From contig DASYSL010000086.1 of assembly GCA_036003365.1 (NCBI GenBank), positions 1,258 through 65,257 on the forward strand: a DNA stretch of 64,000 bases, written 5' to 3'. Position 1 is the first letter of the stretch. Each line of letters starts with the position of its first letter. Position numbers and translations under genes: made by a program. Below are positions 34,540 to 43,975 of this stretch, piece after piece. The stretch is from Candidatus Eiseniibacteriota bacterium. Its GTDB lineage: Bacteria; Eisenbacteria; RBG-16-71-46; DASYSL01. Under the pieces are notes generated by a model, which made no database searches, was not told the DNA's origin, and saw only the letters and a program-made list of their open reading frames with translations.

Positions 34540-35112
34540 CCATCCGGCGACGACCCCGTTCCGGTGCGCGATGGCAGACATGGGTGAAGAGGATTTCGGT
34601 TTTCTCAAGGAACCGCCTCCGACTTCGCAATGCGTATGCATGCAATTGCGAGTGCGAGCGAGGTGTCGTTTCTGGTGGCGCATCCGGGAGAACGGAGAAA
34701 TCGAGCATTCGCCGACATGGATGCACCGGTGTGGCATCTTTGGAGAATCCGGCCTCGCATCACCCCTTTCCGAATCCATGATGGTGGTCGACTCCGAACG
34801 AATCGACGCGATTACGAGTGCGCGAATCACGTCGAAACACGTCCGCGTCCTCTCGCGAGGACGGAAGCAAGCCTTAGGGATGAAGATGAAGCCAAGTCCT
34901 GCACTCACCCCGGCAGCGATCGGAATCCATTCGACTGTTCCCAACTCCCATCGTCCGAAATGCGGCCCTTCGGGTCGGGCTGCTCGTCACGCCTCGGACA
35001 GGCGCGGGGGAATGCCACTGGGTGTAAAACAACACAACCGTAGGGTTTACATGATCATTGCGTCAAGCAGATTTTGCCTACAAACACCGTGCCAGCAGGT
35101 CGAAAGGGGAGT
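34540..35112. other. 570-bp non-coding region with noticeably lower GC, forming the long leader/promoter region of the giant secreted-protein gene. Contains a near-palindrome cgcaatgcgtatgcatgcaattgcg.
   Basis: Embedded ORFs have low GC3 unlike real genes here. The palindrome is at about 34626-34650. Confidence 0.5.
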
Positions 35113-36423
35113 TCACTGAGCGGTCAGGTGGCCGTCCTCGATCGCGTAACGCCGTGTGCGCCAAGCATCCAGACGCGGATCCTGGCTGGCCACGAGGGCC
35201 GCGCCACCGGTCGAAGCGAAGCGTCTCAAGGTGGTTTCGAGAACCGAAACTCCAGCTCGGTCGAGCCCCGTCGAGGGCTCGTCCAGAAGCCAGAGGCCGG
35301 CGTTCTGGGCCAGCAGTCCGGCCCACGCCGCGCGCCGCCGCTCGCCGTGACTGAGTGCTGTGGGCGGGCGCGCCCCATGCGCCGCCGGATCCAATCCCAC
35401 TTCGGCGAGCGCCGCACGCACGTCGCGCTCACGCTCGTGCCCGGAGCGCTTCGATCCCATCGCGACGTCTTCACCGACGGTCGTCGAGACGAGTTGGTCC
35501 TCGGGTGACTGCAGGAGCACGCCGAGGCGCGCGCTGCCTGCGAGCTCGATCGCGCCCTGTTGCGGCTCGAGGACGCCCGCGAGAAGCAGAAGAAGCGTCG
35601 TCTTGCCGGCGCCGCTCGCGCCCGTGAGCAGGACGATCTCCCCCGCTCCGATCTCGAGATCGACGCCGCACACGAGCGGTGTCGCAGGCGCGTATCCGAA
35701 CCCAAGTGAACGCGCGCGCAGGAGTGCGGGGCCAGGCGCGAACGATTCCAGTCCCCCGGCATCGCGCTCGAGCGGGTCATCCGTTGCCGCGGCGAGCCGG
35801 CCGCGCTCGAGCCTGAGCCGGCGATCGGCGGCCGCCCATTCTTCCTCGAGCTGGGTGACGAAAACGGCACCGCGGCCGCGCTCCACCTCGCGCCGCACCA
35901 GTGCCCGCAAGCGCTCGCGCGCGCGCGCGTCGAGATAGACGCCGGGCTCGTCGAGGACCAGATAGCGCGGATCGCCGGCGAGGGCGGCGGCCAGTCCGAG
36001 CCGGCTCTTCTCGCCGCCCGAGAGGCTCTGCGGCGTGCGGCCGGCGAGGGCGGCGAGATCGAATTCCTCGACCATCCGGCGCACACGCTCGCGGATGGCC
36101 GCGCGCTCCCAACCCAGATTCTCGAGCGGGAAGGCGATCTCTTCTTCGAGGGTGGGCGCGACCAGCTGGCCTTCGGGCTCCTGGAACACCATGCCCACGG
36201 CGCGCCGCCCGGGCTCGTGCGGGGCGAGCGCCACGCCATCGGCGAGCACGCTGCCGGCGCGCGGCCCCAGCAAGCCGGCCAGCGCCAGGCAGAAGAGACT
36301 CTTGCCGCCCCCGTTGGCGCCGGTCAGCGCCACCCACTCGCCGGGGGCGAGCGCGAAGTCGAGATCGCGGAGCACGAGCGGACCGCCCGGCGGCCCCACG
36401 GCCAGACCGCGCGCTTCGAGCAT
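35113..36423 (-). CDS. ABC transporter ATP-binding protein with two fused ATPase domains (ECF/CbiO-type energy-coupling module).
   Basis: Two Walker A motifs ('GANGGGKS', 'GASGAGKT'), two signature motifs ('LSGGEKSR', 'LSHGERRR') and two Walker B motifs ('LVLDEP', 'WLLDEP'). Confidence 0.8.
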   Translation of the reverse strand: MLEARGLAVGPPGGPLVLRDLDFALAPGEWVALTGANGGGKSLFCLALAGLLGPRAGSVLADGVALAPHEPGRRAVGMVFQEPEGQLVAPTLEEEIAFPLENLGWERAAIRERVRRMVEEFDLAALAGRTPQSLSGGEKSRLGLAAALAGDPRYLVLDEPGVYLDARARERLRALVRREVERGRGAVFVTQLEEEWAAADRRLRLERGRLAAATDDPLERDAGGLESFAPGPALLRARSLGFGYAPATPLVCGVDLEIGAGEIVLLTGASGAGKTTLLLLLAGVLEPQQGAIELAGSARLGVLLQSPEDQLVSTTVGEDVAMGSKRSGHERERDVRAALAEVGLDPAAHGARPPTALSHGERRRAAWAGLLAQNAGLWLLDEPSTGLDRAGVSVLETTLRRFASTGGAALVASQDPRLDAWRTRRYAIEDGHLTAQ

Positions 36424-36438
36424 GGCGGTTGGGGCTTT

Positions 36439-37620
36439 CTAGTGTCCGCCGTTCCAGGCGGCGAGGACGGATCGCGACAGCTCGAGCAGCGGAATGCCCG
36501 TCTTCTCGGCGAGGGCGGCGAGACTTTCGTACTCGGGCATGAGACGGCGCGTGCCGTCGGGCAGCAGGGCTTCCTTGGCGGCCACGCGCCCGTGCGGCGT
36601 GTCGATCTCCACCGCGCGCCGCGCCAGCTCGATCCGCTCCTCGCGGCGCACGCGCACACCGAGCGTGGGCGACTCGCGGAAGAGCAGGCCGGCCAGCGCG
36701 TCCTCCTGCCCGGGATCGCACAGGCAGGTGACGAGGATGCCCGGCCGTCCCTTCTTCATCTGAATGGCCGTGAGGAAGGCGTCGCGCGCGCCGGCCGCGA
36801 GGAGCCCCGGCACCAAGGTGGCGATGACTTGCGGCGAGGCGTCGTCGAGCGCGGTCTCGAGCACCATGACCGTGCGGCGGCCGAGCCCCGGCTCCGCGCC
36901 TTCGGACGTGTCGCCGACGAAGAGCCGGAGCACGTTGGGCTGCTCGGCGAGATCGCGTCCGCCGGCGCCCACGCCCTGGGCCCGGACGCGAAACGCAGGC
37001 GCCCATCCCCAGCGGCGGACGAGCGTGGTGAGAAGCGCAGCCCCCGTGGGCGTCACCAATTCGGCCTGCACGTCGGGCATCTCCACCGGCACGCCGCGCA
37101 GAAGCTCGGCGGTGGCCGGCGCCGGCACCGGCAGCACGCCGTGCTCGGTCTGCACGCGGCCGCGCCCCAGCGGCAGCGCCGAGGCGTAAACCTCCTCGAC
37201 ACCGAGACTCTCGAGACCCCAGCAGGTGCCGACGAAATCGATCAGCGCGTCGACCGCGCCGACCTCGTGAAAGTGAATCTTGTCCACCGTCGTGCCGTGA
37301 ACCTTGGCCTCGGCCTCGGCGAGCCGCTCGAAGGCGCTCATGGCCCGCGTCTTGGCTCGCTCGGGCACGTCGGCCGCCATCACGCGCTCGCGCACCTGGT
37401 GCAGGTGGCGCGTGGGCTGGGCTTGGCCCACGTCCACGCTCACGCGCGCCGCCTCGATGGCGCCGCGGCGGGCCCGCCCCACGCTCACCGTCACGCCGCT
37501 CAAGCCGAGCTTCTGGGGCAAGGACTCGAGCTCCGCTTGGGCCCAACCGGCGTCGACCAAGGCACCCAAGAGCATGTCGCCGCTGGCGCCCGAGAAGCAG
37601 TCGAAGTAGGCGACGATCAC
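36439..37620 (-). CDS. larC: LarC, nickel-pincer cofactor Ni-insertion protein (DUF111).
   Basis: N-terminal 'AYFDCFSGASGDMLLGALVDAG'. GTG start with GGAGAAA upstream, overlapping the larB TGA (GTGA). Confidence 0.8.
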   Translation of the reverse strand: MIVAYFDCFSGASGDMLLGALVDAGWAQAELESLPQKLGLSGVTVSVGRARRGAIEAARVSVDVGQAQPTRHLHQVRERVMAADVPERAKTRAMSAFERLAEAEAKVHGTTVDKIHFHEVGAVDALIDFVGTCWGLESLGVEEVYASALPLGRGRVQTEHGVLPVPAPATAELLRGVPVEMPDVQAELVTPTGAALLTTLVRRWGWAPAFRVRAQGVGAGGRDLAEQPNVLRLFVGDTSEGAEPGLGRRTVMVLETALDDASPQVIATLVPGLLAAGARDAFLTAIQMKKGRPGILVTCLCDPGQEDALAGLLFRESPTLGVRVRREERIELARRAVEIDTPHGRVAAKEALLPDGTRRLMPEYESLAALAEKTGIPLLELSRSVLAAWNGGH

Positions 37621-38390
37621 GCGCCGTTTCTCCGCGCGCTGCGCCCGCGCCGCGCGGCGAGCGCGTTGACGCGATGGGCGGCGAAGGCGGCGCCGAATCC
37701 ATTGTCGATGTTGACCACGGCGACGCCGGGCGCGCACGAGTTGAGCATGCCGAGCAAGGCGGCGAGCCCATGGAAGGAGGCGCCGTAGCCCACGCTCGTG
37801 GGCACGGCGAAGACCGGCCGCGCGGTGAGGCCGCCGACCACGCTGGGGAGCGCCCCTTCCATGCCCGCGACCACGATCACCGCGTTGGCGGCGCGCACGC
37901 TCGGGCTCTTGAGAAGGATGCGGTGCAACCCCGCCACGCCCACGTCCACCAGGCGCTCGACGCGGCTGCCCAGCGCGCGCAGCGTCTCGACCGCCTCCTC
38001 GGCCACCGGAAGATCGGAGGTCCCGGCCGAGACCACGCATACGCGACCGAGCGCGGCCGGGGCCCGGCCCACGAAAACGGTGCGCGCGCGATCGTTCACG
38101 CGCGCCTCCGGAAAGACGCCGACGAGGGCGGCCCGCGTGTCCTCGCTCGCGCGCGTGATCAGGCAGCGGCCGGCGCGGCGCACGATGCGGCGCGCGATCT
38201 CGACCACCTGCGCGGGCGTCTTGCCCGCCGCGTACACGACCTCGGGCGCGCCGGTGCGGCGCTTGCGGTCGTGATCGAGGGTGGCGTACGGCAAAGCATC
38301 GCCGCCGCCATTCTGGAGAAGGCGCGCCAGCAGCTTCTCGAGCGGCTCGCCGCGGCGGGCGCCGCGGCCGGCGCCGCCGCGCGACTTCAC
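37617..38390 (-). CDS. larB: LarB, PurE-like pyridinium-3,5-biscarboxylic acid mononucleotide synthase.
   Basis: 'TLDHDRKRRTGAPEVVYAAGKT', 'SAGTSDLPVAEEA', 'VVAGMEGALPSVVGGL' and 'LNSCAPGVAVVNIDNGFGAAF' match LarB throughout. The GTG start overlaps the dus TGA. Confidence 0.85.
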   Translation of the reverse strand: MKSRGGAGRGARRGEPLEKLLARLLQNGGGDALPYATLDHDRKRRTGAPEVVYAAGKTPAQVVEIARRIVRRAGRCLITRASEDTRAALVGVFPEARVNDRARTVFVGRAPAALGRVCVVSAGTSDLPVAEEAVETLRALGSRVERLVDVGVAGLHRILLKSPSVRAANAVIVVAGMEGALPSVVGGLTARPVFAVPTSVGYGASFHGLAALLGMLNSCAPGVAVVNIDNGFGAAFAAHRVNALAARRGRSARRNGA

Positions 38391-39442
38391 ACGCCGACCG
38401 GCTCGCTCCACGCTTCCTCCACGCGGTATCCCTCGCCGCTCTCGAGCCGGCCCAAGTAAGAGAGGAGAAGCTCTTCGATCTCGACCGCGGTGGTGGCGCG
38501 GTTGGCGCTCTCCTTCACGGTCGCGGCGCGCGGCAGACCCTTCAGGTACCAGGCCACGTGCTTGCGCATCTCGCGCACGGCCACCGACTCGCCCACCACC
38601 GTCGCCAGGAGTCCGAGCTGGCGCAGGCAGCCTTCCATGCGCTCGCGCGGCGTCGCCGGCGCCACGACGCGCCCGTGGTCGAGCAGGGCGCGAGTCTCGC
38701 GGAAGATCCACGGATTGCCGAAGGCGGCGCGTCCGATCATCACCCCCGCCGCCCCGGTCTCGTTCAACAAACGCACGGCCTCGGAGGCCGAGGTCACGTC
38801 ACCGTTGCCGACCACCGGAATCGACACCGCAGCCTGCGCGTCGCGAATCATGTCCCAGTTGGCCTTGCCCTCGAAGCCCTGCGAGCGCGTGCGCGCGTGC
38901 ATGGCCACCAGCGCCACCCCCGCGGCCGCGAAGAGGCGCGTCACCTCGACGCCGTTCTGTTGCGAATTGTCCCACCCGCAGCGCGTCTTGGCGGTGACCG
39001 GAAGCGTGCTCGCCCCGACCACGGCGCGCACCACGTCCTCGAGCAGAGGCAGATTGCAGAGCAGCGCGGCGCCAGCCTCCCGCGTCACGACTTTATGCAC
39101 GGGGCAGCCGATGTTGAGATCGACGAAGTCGGGACGCACCTCTTCCGGCAGGTCGCACACGATGCGCGCCGCCTCGGCCATCACCGCCGGATCGGAGCCG
39201 AAGAGCTGCACGCCCATGGGCCGCTCGGCGGGATAGAAATGGAGATAGCGAAGCGTCTTCCGGTTGCCGCGCACGAGCCCGTCGGCGCTCACCAGCTCGG
39301 TGCACACCGAGGCCGCCCCCTGCTCGCGACAGAGCAGGCGGAAAGGCGCGTCGCTCACGCCCGCGAGCGGCGCGAGCATGACCGGCGAGGCGAGGGTGAT
39401 GGGTCCCAGCTTCAGGGGACGAAGGTCGGCAATGGACGACAA
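38387..39442 (-). CDS. tRNA-dihydrouridine synthase (Dus family). Putative TTG start.
   Basis: 'LAPLAGVSDAPFR', 'VDLNIGCPVHKV' (catalytic Cys) and 'MHARTRSQGFEGKANWD' are Dus/FMN TIM-barrel motifs. Confidence 0.8.
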   Translation of the reverse strand: MSSIADLRPLKLGPITLASPVMLAPLAGVSDAPFRLLCREQGAASVCTELVSADGLVRGNRKTLRYLHFYPAERPMGVQLFGSDPAVMAEAARIVCDLPEEVRPDFVDLNIGCPVHKVVTREAGAALLCNLPLLEDVVRAVVGASTLPVTAKTRCGWDNSQQNGVEVTRLFAAAGVALVAMHARTRSQGFEGKANWDMIRDAQAAVSIPVVGNGDVTSASEAVRLLNETGAAGVMIGRAAFGNPWIFRETRALLDHGRVVAPATPRERMEGCLRQLGLLATVVGESVAVREMRKHVAWYLKGLPRAATVKESANRATTAVEIEELLLSYLGRLESGEGYRVEEAWSEPVGV

Positions 39443-39476
39443 GGCGGTTTCCGATCGCGCGCGATGGACGATACCG

Positions 39477-40229
39477 TCATGAGGCGTCGCCGGCGCCTCG
39501 CGCGGCAGCGTCGACGCCGGAACTATAGCCGCTGGGCCCGAAGCCGGGCCAGCCCTCGGCGCGCGCCACGTCGGACAAGGTGGTGAACGCGCGCGCCCCG
39601 ATCCCGTTCGCCAGGCACCACGGCAAGAGATCGTCCTTGGCGTACACGACGTCGGCAGCACCGGCGCCGCAGCGATCGGAAAAGCCGTCGCCAACCAGGA
39701 GCACGCGGCGAAAACGTCCGCTCTGCTTGGCCTCGCGCACCCAGGCGCCCTTGCAGTGGCCACACGCCCCGCAGCCCGGGGCCGCATCCGCGCGCGCGCG
39801 CGCCACGCGGCCGTCGGCGAATCTCACTTCGGGTCCCGAGGACCCATACTCGGGCAGCGGCCCGCGCTCGCCGAAGAGCATGCGGTTGGCGCGAAACGGC
39901 ACCTCGAGCGAGGCTCGCGCCAGCAGGATCTCGATGTAGAAGGAGAGTCCGTCCGAAGCCACCGCGACCTCGTGTCCGGCGGCCCGCGCCGCCGCCACGA
40001 AGGGGCGCGCATCCGGGACCAGCGCGAAGTCGCGCACGAAGGCGTGCGCCGCCTCCTCCCCCAGTCCCGGCGCCAGCTCGCACTCGCGCGCCAGGCACTC
40101 GCGCGAGGTGATGCGTCCTTCCTTCCACTCGGCGATGAGGCGCGTCCAGCGCTCGGGATCCTGGCCGAAGCGGCGGAACAAACGGTTGCCGATGTCGGCG
40201 CCGGCCAGCGTTCCGTCGAAATCGACCAC
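39477..40229 (-). CDS. HAD-superfamily phosphatase (MtnX-like). Start uncertain, GTG at 40229 or up to about 40283.
   Basis: HAD motif I 'VVDFDGTL' and motif IV 'VGDGFSD'. Confidence 0.65.
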   Translation of the reverse strand: MVDFDGTLAGADIGNRLFRRFGQDPERWTRLIAEWKEGRITSRECLARECELAPGLGEEAAHAFVRDFALVPDARPFVAAARAAGHEVAVASDGLSFYIEILLARASLEVPFRANRMLFGERGPLPEYGSSGPEVRFADGRVARARADAAPGCGACGHCKGAWVREAKQSGRFRRVLLVGDGFSDRCGAGAADVVYAKDDLLPWCLANGIGARAFTTLSDVARAEGWPGFGPSGYSSGVDAAARGAGDAS

Positions 40230-40279
40230 GACGAAGTCGCGCGCGGCCGTGTCTTCGTGTGTCAGAGGAGCGGGTCCGC

Positions 40280-41854
40280 TCAGTGGAGCATCGAGAGCTT
40301 GAGCAGCTCGCGCGGCGCGCGGGCGCGGCGCACCAGATCGATCGCCTTCTGCAGCATCACGTCCTGCTCGGACGCGACGCGGAAGGCGGCCTGATCGCCA
40401 CCCAGGCGGCGCGCGATCTCGCGGTGCACGGCATTGTCGAGATAGGCGCGCTGCGCCGCGAGTGAGTCGGGCGCCGTCTTGAACTTCTGCTGGCTGAGAT
40501 AGGCCGTGAAGGTGGGCCACAAGGCTTGCGACGACGCCTGCTCGAGGGTGACGCCGGGGTGAGAAGCGACGTAGTGATTGGCGAACTGGAAGAGCAGCGC
40601 GCGACGCTCGATCTCGAGCGCCGGATTGGCGAGCGTGTCGGGATGGATCAGGACGTCGGGCGTGATGCCGCCGCCGCCGTACACGACGCGCCCCGAATCG
40701 GTCTTGAACTTGGGCTTGTTGGCCTTCGACGTGGTGTCGGCCGGGGGTGCGGCGTCGTCATCTTCGTCCGCGGACTCCTCGCCGATCTTCGCGTTGTAGG
40801 CGTCTTTGTGAATCGAGCGGCCGCTCGGCGTGTAGTACTTGGCCGTGGTCAGCTTGAGCGCCGCCTTGGTGCCCGGCAGGTTGAGCAGGCTCTGCACCGA
40901 GCCCTTGCCGAACGTGGGCTCGCCCACCACCAGGGCGCGGTCGTGATCCTGCAGCGCGCCCGAGACGATCTCGGCCGCCGACGCGGTGAACTCGTCCACC
41001 AGGACGACGATGGGCTGCGTGAGGTTGGGACGCGTCTCCTCGGCGTAGAACGTCTGGTCGGAGTTGGGCGCGCGCCCGCGCGTCTGCACCACGACGGCGC
41101 CCTTGGGCAGGAAGCGCTCGGACACGTCCACCGCTTCCGACAGGAGCCCGCCGGGATTGCCGCGCAGATCGAGCACGATGCCCTTGGCGCCTTCCGACTG
41201 CAGCGTGTTGAGCGCGTCGGTCAGCTCGTCGCCGCTCGTCGCCGAGAAGCTCGAGAGGCGGATGTAGCCCACGCCGCCCGAGAACAGATTGGTGTAGGGA
41301 ATGCTCTTCACGTGGATGATGCGGCGCGTCACGGTCACCGAGCGCGGGGCATCTTCGTCCACGCCTTGCACCTGGATCATCACCTTGGTGCCTTCTTCGC
41401 CGCGCAGCTTGGAAACCACCTCGTCGATCGCCAGACCGCGCGTCGACTTGTTCTCGATCTCCACGATGCGGTCGCCGGGCAGGATGCCGAGCGAGGCGGC
41501 GGGCGTGCCCTCGAGCACCGAGATCACCGTCGGCCAGTTGTCACGCACGCTGACCACGATGCCGAGGCCGCCGAACTGACCCTGCGTCTGCACGGTCAGC
41601 TCTTCGTTGGACTTGGCATCGAGGTAGTTCGAGAAGGGATCGAGCCGCTTCATCATGCCGTTGATGGCGCCGGTGACGAGCTTCTGCGGATCGACCGGAT
41701 CGACGTAGTAGGACTCGACCTTGGACAGCGCGTCGACGAAGAGATCGAGCTTTTCGTAGCGGTCGCGAGCCTGCGCGCGGCTCCAGCCGAACATCCAGCC
41801 GGCGACGAACAAGACGACGAGAAGGGCTCCCAATCCCAGGCGGCGACGGATCAT
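40280..41854 (-). CDS. ctpA: Carboxyl-terminal processing protease (S41A, CtpA/Prc-like) with PDZ domain and N-terminal TM anchor.
   Basis: 'LDLRGNPGGLL', 'GEPTFGKGSVQ' (catalytic Ser) and a PDZ 'GLGIVV...GILPGDRI' segment. Confidence 0.85.
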   Translation of the reverse strand: MIRRRLGLGALLVVLFVAGWMFGWSRAQARDRYEKLDLFVDALSKVESYYVDPVDPQKLVTGAINGMMKRLDPFSNYLDAKSNEELTVQTQGQFGGLGIVVSVRDNWPTVISVLEGTPAASLGILPGDRIVEIENKSTRGLAIDEVVSKLRGEEGTKVMIQVQGVDEDAPRSVTVTRRIIHVKSIPYTNLFSGGVGYIRLSSFSATSGDELTDALNTLQSEGAKGIVLDLRGNPGGLLSEAVDVSERFLPKGAVVVQTRGRAPNSDQTFYAEETRPNLTQPIVVLVDEFTASAAEIVSGALQDHDRALVVGEPTFGKGSVQSLLNLPGTKAALKLTTAKYYTPSGRSIHKDAYNAKIGEESADEDDDAAPPADTTSKANKPKFKTDSGRVVYGGGGITPDVLIHPDTLANPALEIERRALLFQFANHYVASHPGVTLEQASSQALWPTFTAYLSQQKFKTAPDSLAAQRAYLDNAVHREIARRLGGDQAAFRVASEQDVMLQKAIDLVRRARAPRELLKLSMLH

Positions 41855-41993
41855 GAGGCCGGTTTCCCAATCCTTTCGAGTATGGGCCTAAGGGCCGGCC
41901 GCGCCTGGTGCGCGCACACCAACCTTGAAGGGAAGCCTAGCATAGAGATCGGCCGGGAATGCCACGGGCTTATGGCCCAAGTCCGGCTTTCAG

Positions 41994-42653
41994 TCAGGTT
42001 TTCGGAAATCCAGTCCCCGCCGCGGTTTGGCGCGAGGCGCGGCGCAGGATCTCGGCCTCGATCGTGTCGGCGAGCTCGGCCGAGGGCGATTCCGCGGCCA
42101 AGACGAGCCAGCGCCCGGGCTCGGCCTTGGCCAGCTCGAGGTAGGTGTTGCGCACCCGCTCGAAGAAGGCCACCGGCTCCGACTCGAAGCGATCGAGAGC
42201 GGCACGGGCCCGCAGCCGCTCGAGCGCGTGCGCCGGCGCGAGATCGAGCAGCACCGTGAGATCGGGCGCGAGGGCGCCGGTGGCGAGCCGGTTCAGCGCG
42301 GCGATCTGCGCGCGCTCGACGCCCGATCCTCCGCCCTGATAGGCGAGCGAAGCGTCGGCGTGGCGGTCGCAGAGCACGACGCGCCCGGCGGCGAGCGCCG
42401 GACGAATGACTTGGCGCACGTGCTCGGCGCGGTCGGCGACCATGAGCAGGGTCTCGACCAGGGGATCGGATCCGCGTTCACGGCGCGCCAGCAAGAGAGC
42501 CCGGAGCGACTCCCCCAGGGGGGTGCCGCCGGGCTCACGTGTGACCGCGACCTCGAGACCGCGCGCCCGCAAGCGCTCGGCCGCGAGCGCGACTTGCGTC
42601 GACTTGCCCGTGCCCTCGATGCCCTCGAAGGTGACGAAGAGACCGCGCGGCAC
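41994..42653 (-). CDS. tmk: Thymidylate kinase.
   Basis: 'FVTFEGIEGTGKST' P-loop, 'REPGGT', 'DRHADASLAYQG'. Confidence 0.9.
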   Translation of the reverse strand: MPRGLFVTFEGIEGTGKSTQVALAAERLRARGLEVAVTREPGGTPLGESLRALLLARRERGSDPLVETLLMVADRAEHVRQVIRPALAAGRVVLCDRHADASLAYQGGGSGVERAQIAALNRLATGALAPDLTVLLDLAPAHALERLRARAALDRFESEPVAFFERVRNTYLELAKAEPGRWLVLAAESPSAELADTIEAEILRRASRQTAAGTGFPKT

Positions 42654-42664
42654 GGAGCGCGTCT

Positions 42665-43930
42665 TTAGCTGCGCGACTTGGTCAGCGTGCGCTTCGTCTT
42701 CTTGCGCTTGGTGGCGCGGGCCTTGCCGGGACGCCCGTTGGCGCTCACGCGTCCATTCATCGACGGACCGCTCTCACGCGCGCCGGAGCCGGTGGCCGCC
42801 TGCATCTTCACGCGCACCTGCACGGGACCGGTCGGGGCCGGCGTCTTGCCCTTCTTGTGGCCGTAGGTGCGGATGTAGTCCTCGACCATCTCGCGCGCCT
42901 GGTCGTCGGGGAACTGCTGCGGCGGCGACTTCTTGAAGTACGCCGAGGGCGCGAGCAGAGCGCCCTTGAGCCCGTGGTCCAGGCCCAGCTTGGCGCAGCG
43001 CACGGCGTCGATCACCACGCCGGCCGAGTTGGGCGAGTCCCAGACCTCGAGCTTGGCCTCGAGCGTGAGCGGCACATCGCCGAAGGTCGTGCCCTCCATG
43101 CGGATGTGGCACCACTTGCGGTCGAGCAGCCAGGGCACGTAGTCGGAAGGGCCGACGTGCACGTTCTCCGCGTCCATCGCGTAAGGAATCTGGCTCGTGA
43201 CCGCGTTGGTCTTGGAGATCTTCTTCGACTCCAGGCGCTCGCGCTCGAGCATGTTCAAGAAGTCGGTGTTGCCGCCGAAGTTGAGCTGGTAGGTGCGGTC
43301 GATGCGCACGCCGCGGTCGACGAACAGGCGCGCCAGCACGCGGTGCGCGATGGTGGCGCCGACCTGCGACTTGATGTCGTCGCCGATGACCGGCAAGCCA
43401 CGCTGCTCGAAGCGGCGCTGCCAGTAGCGCTCGCGGGCGATGAACACCGGGATGCAGTTGACGAAGGCGCAGCCGGCGTCAAGCACCTGCTCGACGTACC
43501 ACTTGGTCGCCTCCTCCGAGCCCACCGGGAGATAGTTCACCACCACGTCGGTGCCCGTGTCCTTGAGCAGCTTGACGATGTCGACGGTCGAGCCCGGCGC
43601 CTTCTGGATGATCTGCGACAGGTACTTGCCGAGACCGTCGTGAGTCATGCCGCGCTGCACCTTGATGCCGGTGCGGGGGACGTCGGCGAAGCGATACGTG
43701 TTGTTGGGCGTGGTGTAGATCGCTTCGGCGAGATCCTTGCCGACTTTGTTCTTGTCGATGTCGATGGCGGCGGAGAACTCGACGTCCTTCACGTGGTAGC
43801 CGCCCAGGTTCACGTGCATGAGGCCCGGCACTCGGTCCGTGTCCTTGGCGTTCTTGTAGTAGTGAACACCCTGGACGAACGACGAGGCGCAGTTGCCCAC
43901 GCCGATGACGGCGACTCTGACCTTTCCCAT
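42665..43930 (-). CDS. myo-Inositol-1-phosphate synthase (bacterial/archaeal short type) with a roughly 60-aa Lys/Arg-rich C-terminal tail.
   Basis: '[18 protein letters not shown]' NAD-binding N-terminus and MIPS core motifs ('NGSPQNTFVPG'-like region '[11 protein letters not shown]'). Tail '[20 protein letters not shown]'. Confidence 0.8.
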   Translation of the reverse strand: MGKVRVAVIGVGNCASSFVQGVHYYKNAKDTDRVPGLMHVNLGGYHVKDVEFSAAIDIDKNKVGKDLAEAIYTTPNNTYRFADVPRTGIKVQRGMTHDGLGKYLSQIIQKAPGSTVDIVKLLKDTGTDVVVNYLPVGSEEATKWYVEQVLDAGCAFVNCIPVFIARERYWQRRFEQRGLPVIGDDIKSQVGATIAHRVLARLFVDRGVRIDRTYQLNFGGNTDFLNMLERERLESKKISKTNAVTSQIPYAMDAENVHVGPSDYVPWLLDRKWCHIRMEGTTFGDVPLTLEAKLEVWDSPNSAGVVIDAVRCAKLGLDHGLKGALLAPSAYFKKSPPQQFPDDQAREMVEDYIRTYGHKKGKTPAPTGPVQVRVKMQAATGSGARESGPSMNGRVSANGRPGKARATKRKKTKRTLTKSRS

Positions 43931-43975
43931 GGGGAAACCTTCCTCCGGTAAGGCGCGTCGTGTTCGCGCTTGCTC

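Noticed and set aside
34414-34944. 176-aa minus-strand ORF ending 2 nt before the giant gene start (and ORFs 34508..34726, 34630..35043)
   Set aside because: Third-codon positions are AT-rich, unlike every confident gene here. It has no recognisable motifs. It is treated as non-coding leader, but flagged in the findings.
35113-36423. Assigning the double-ATPase as LarO (nickel ECF transporter ATPase) because of the adjacent larBC
   Set aside because: No CbiM/N/Q-type membrane components are adjacent. The call is left as a generic ECF-type ABC ATPase.
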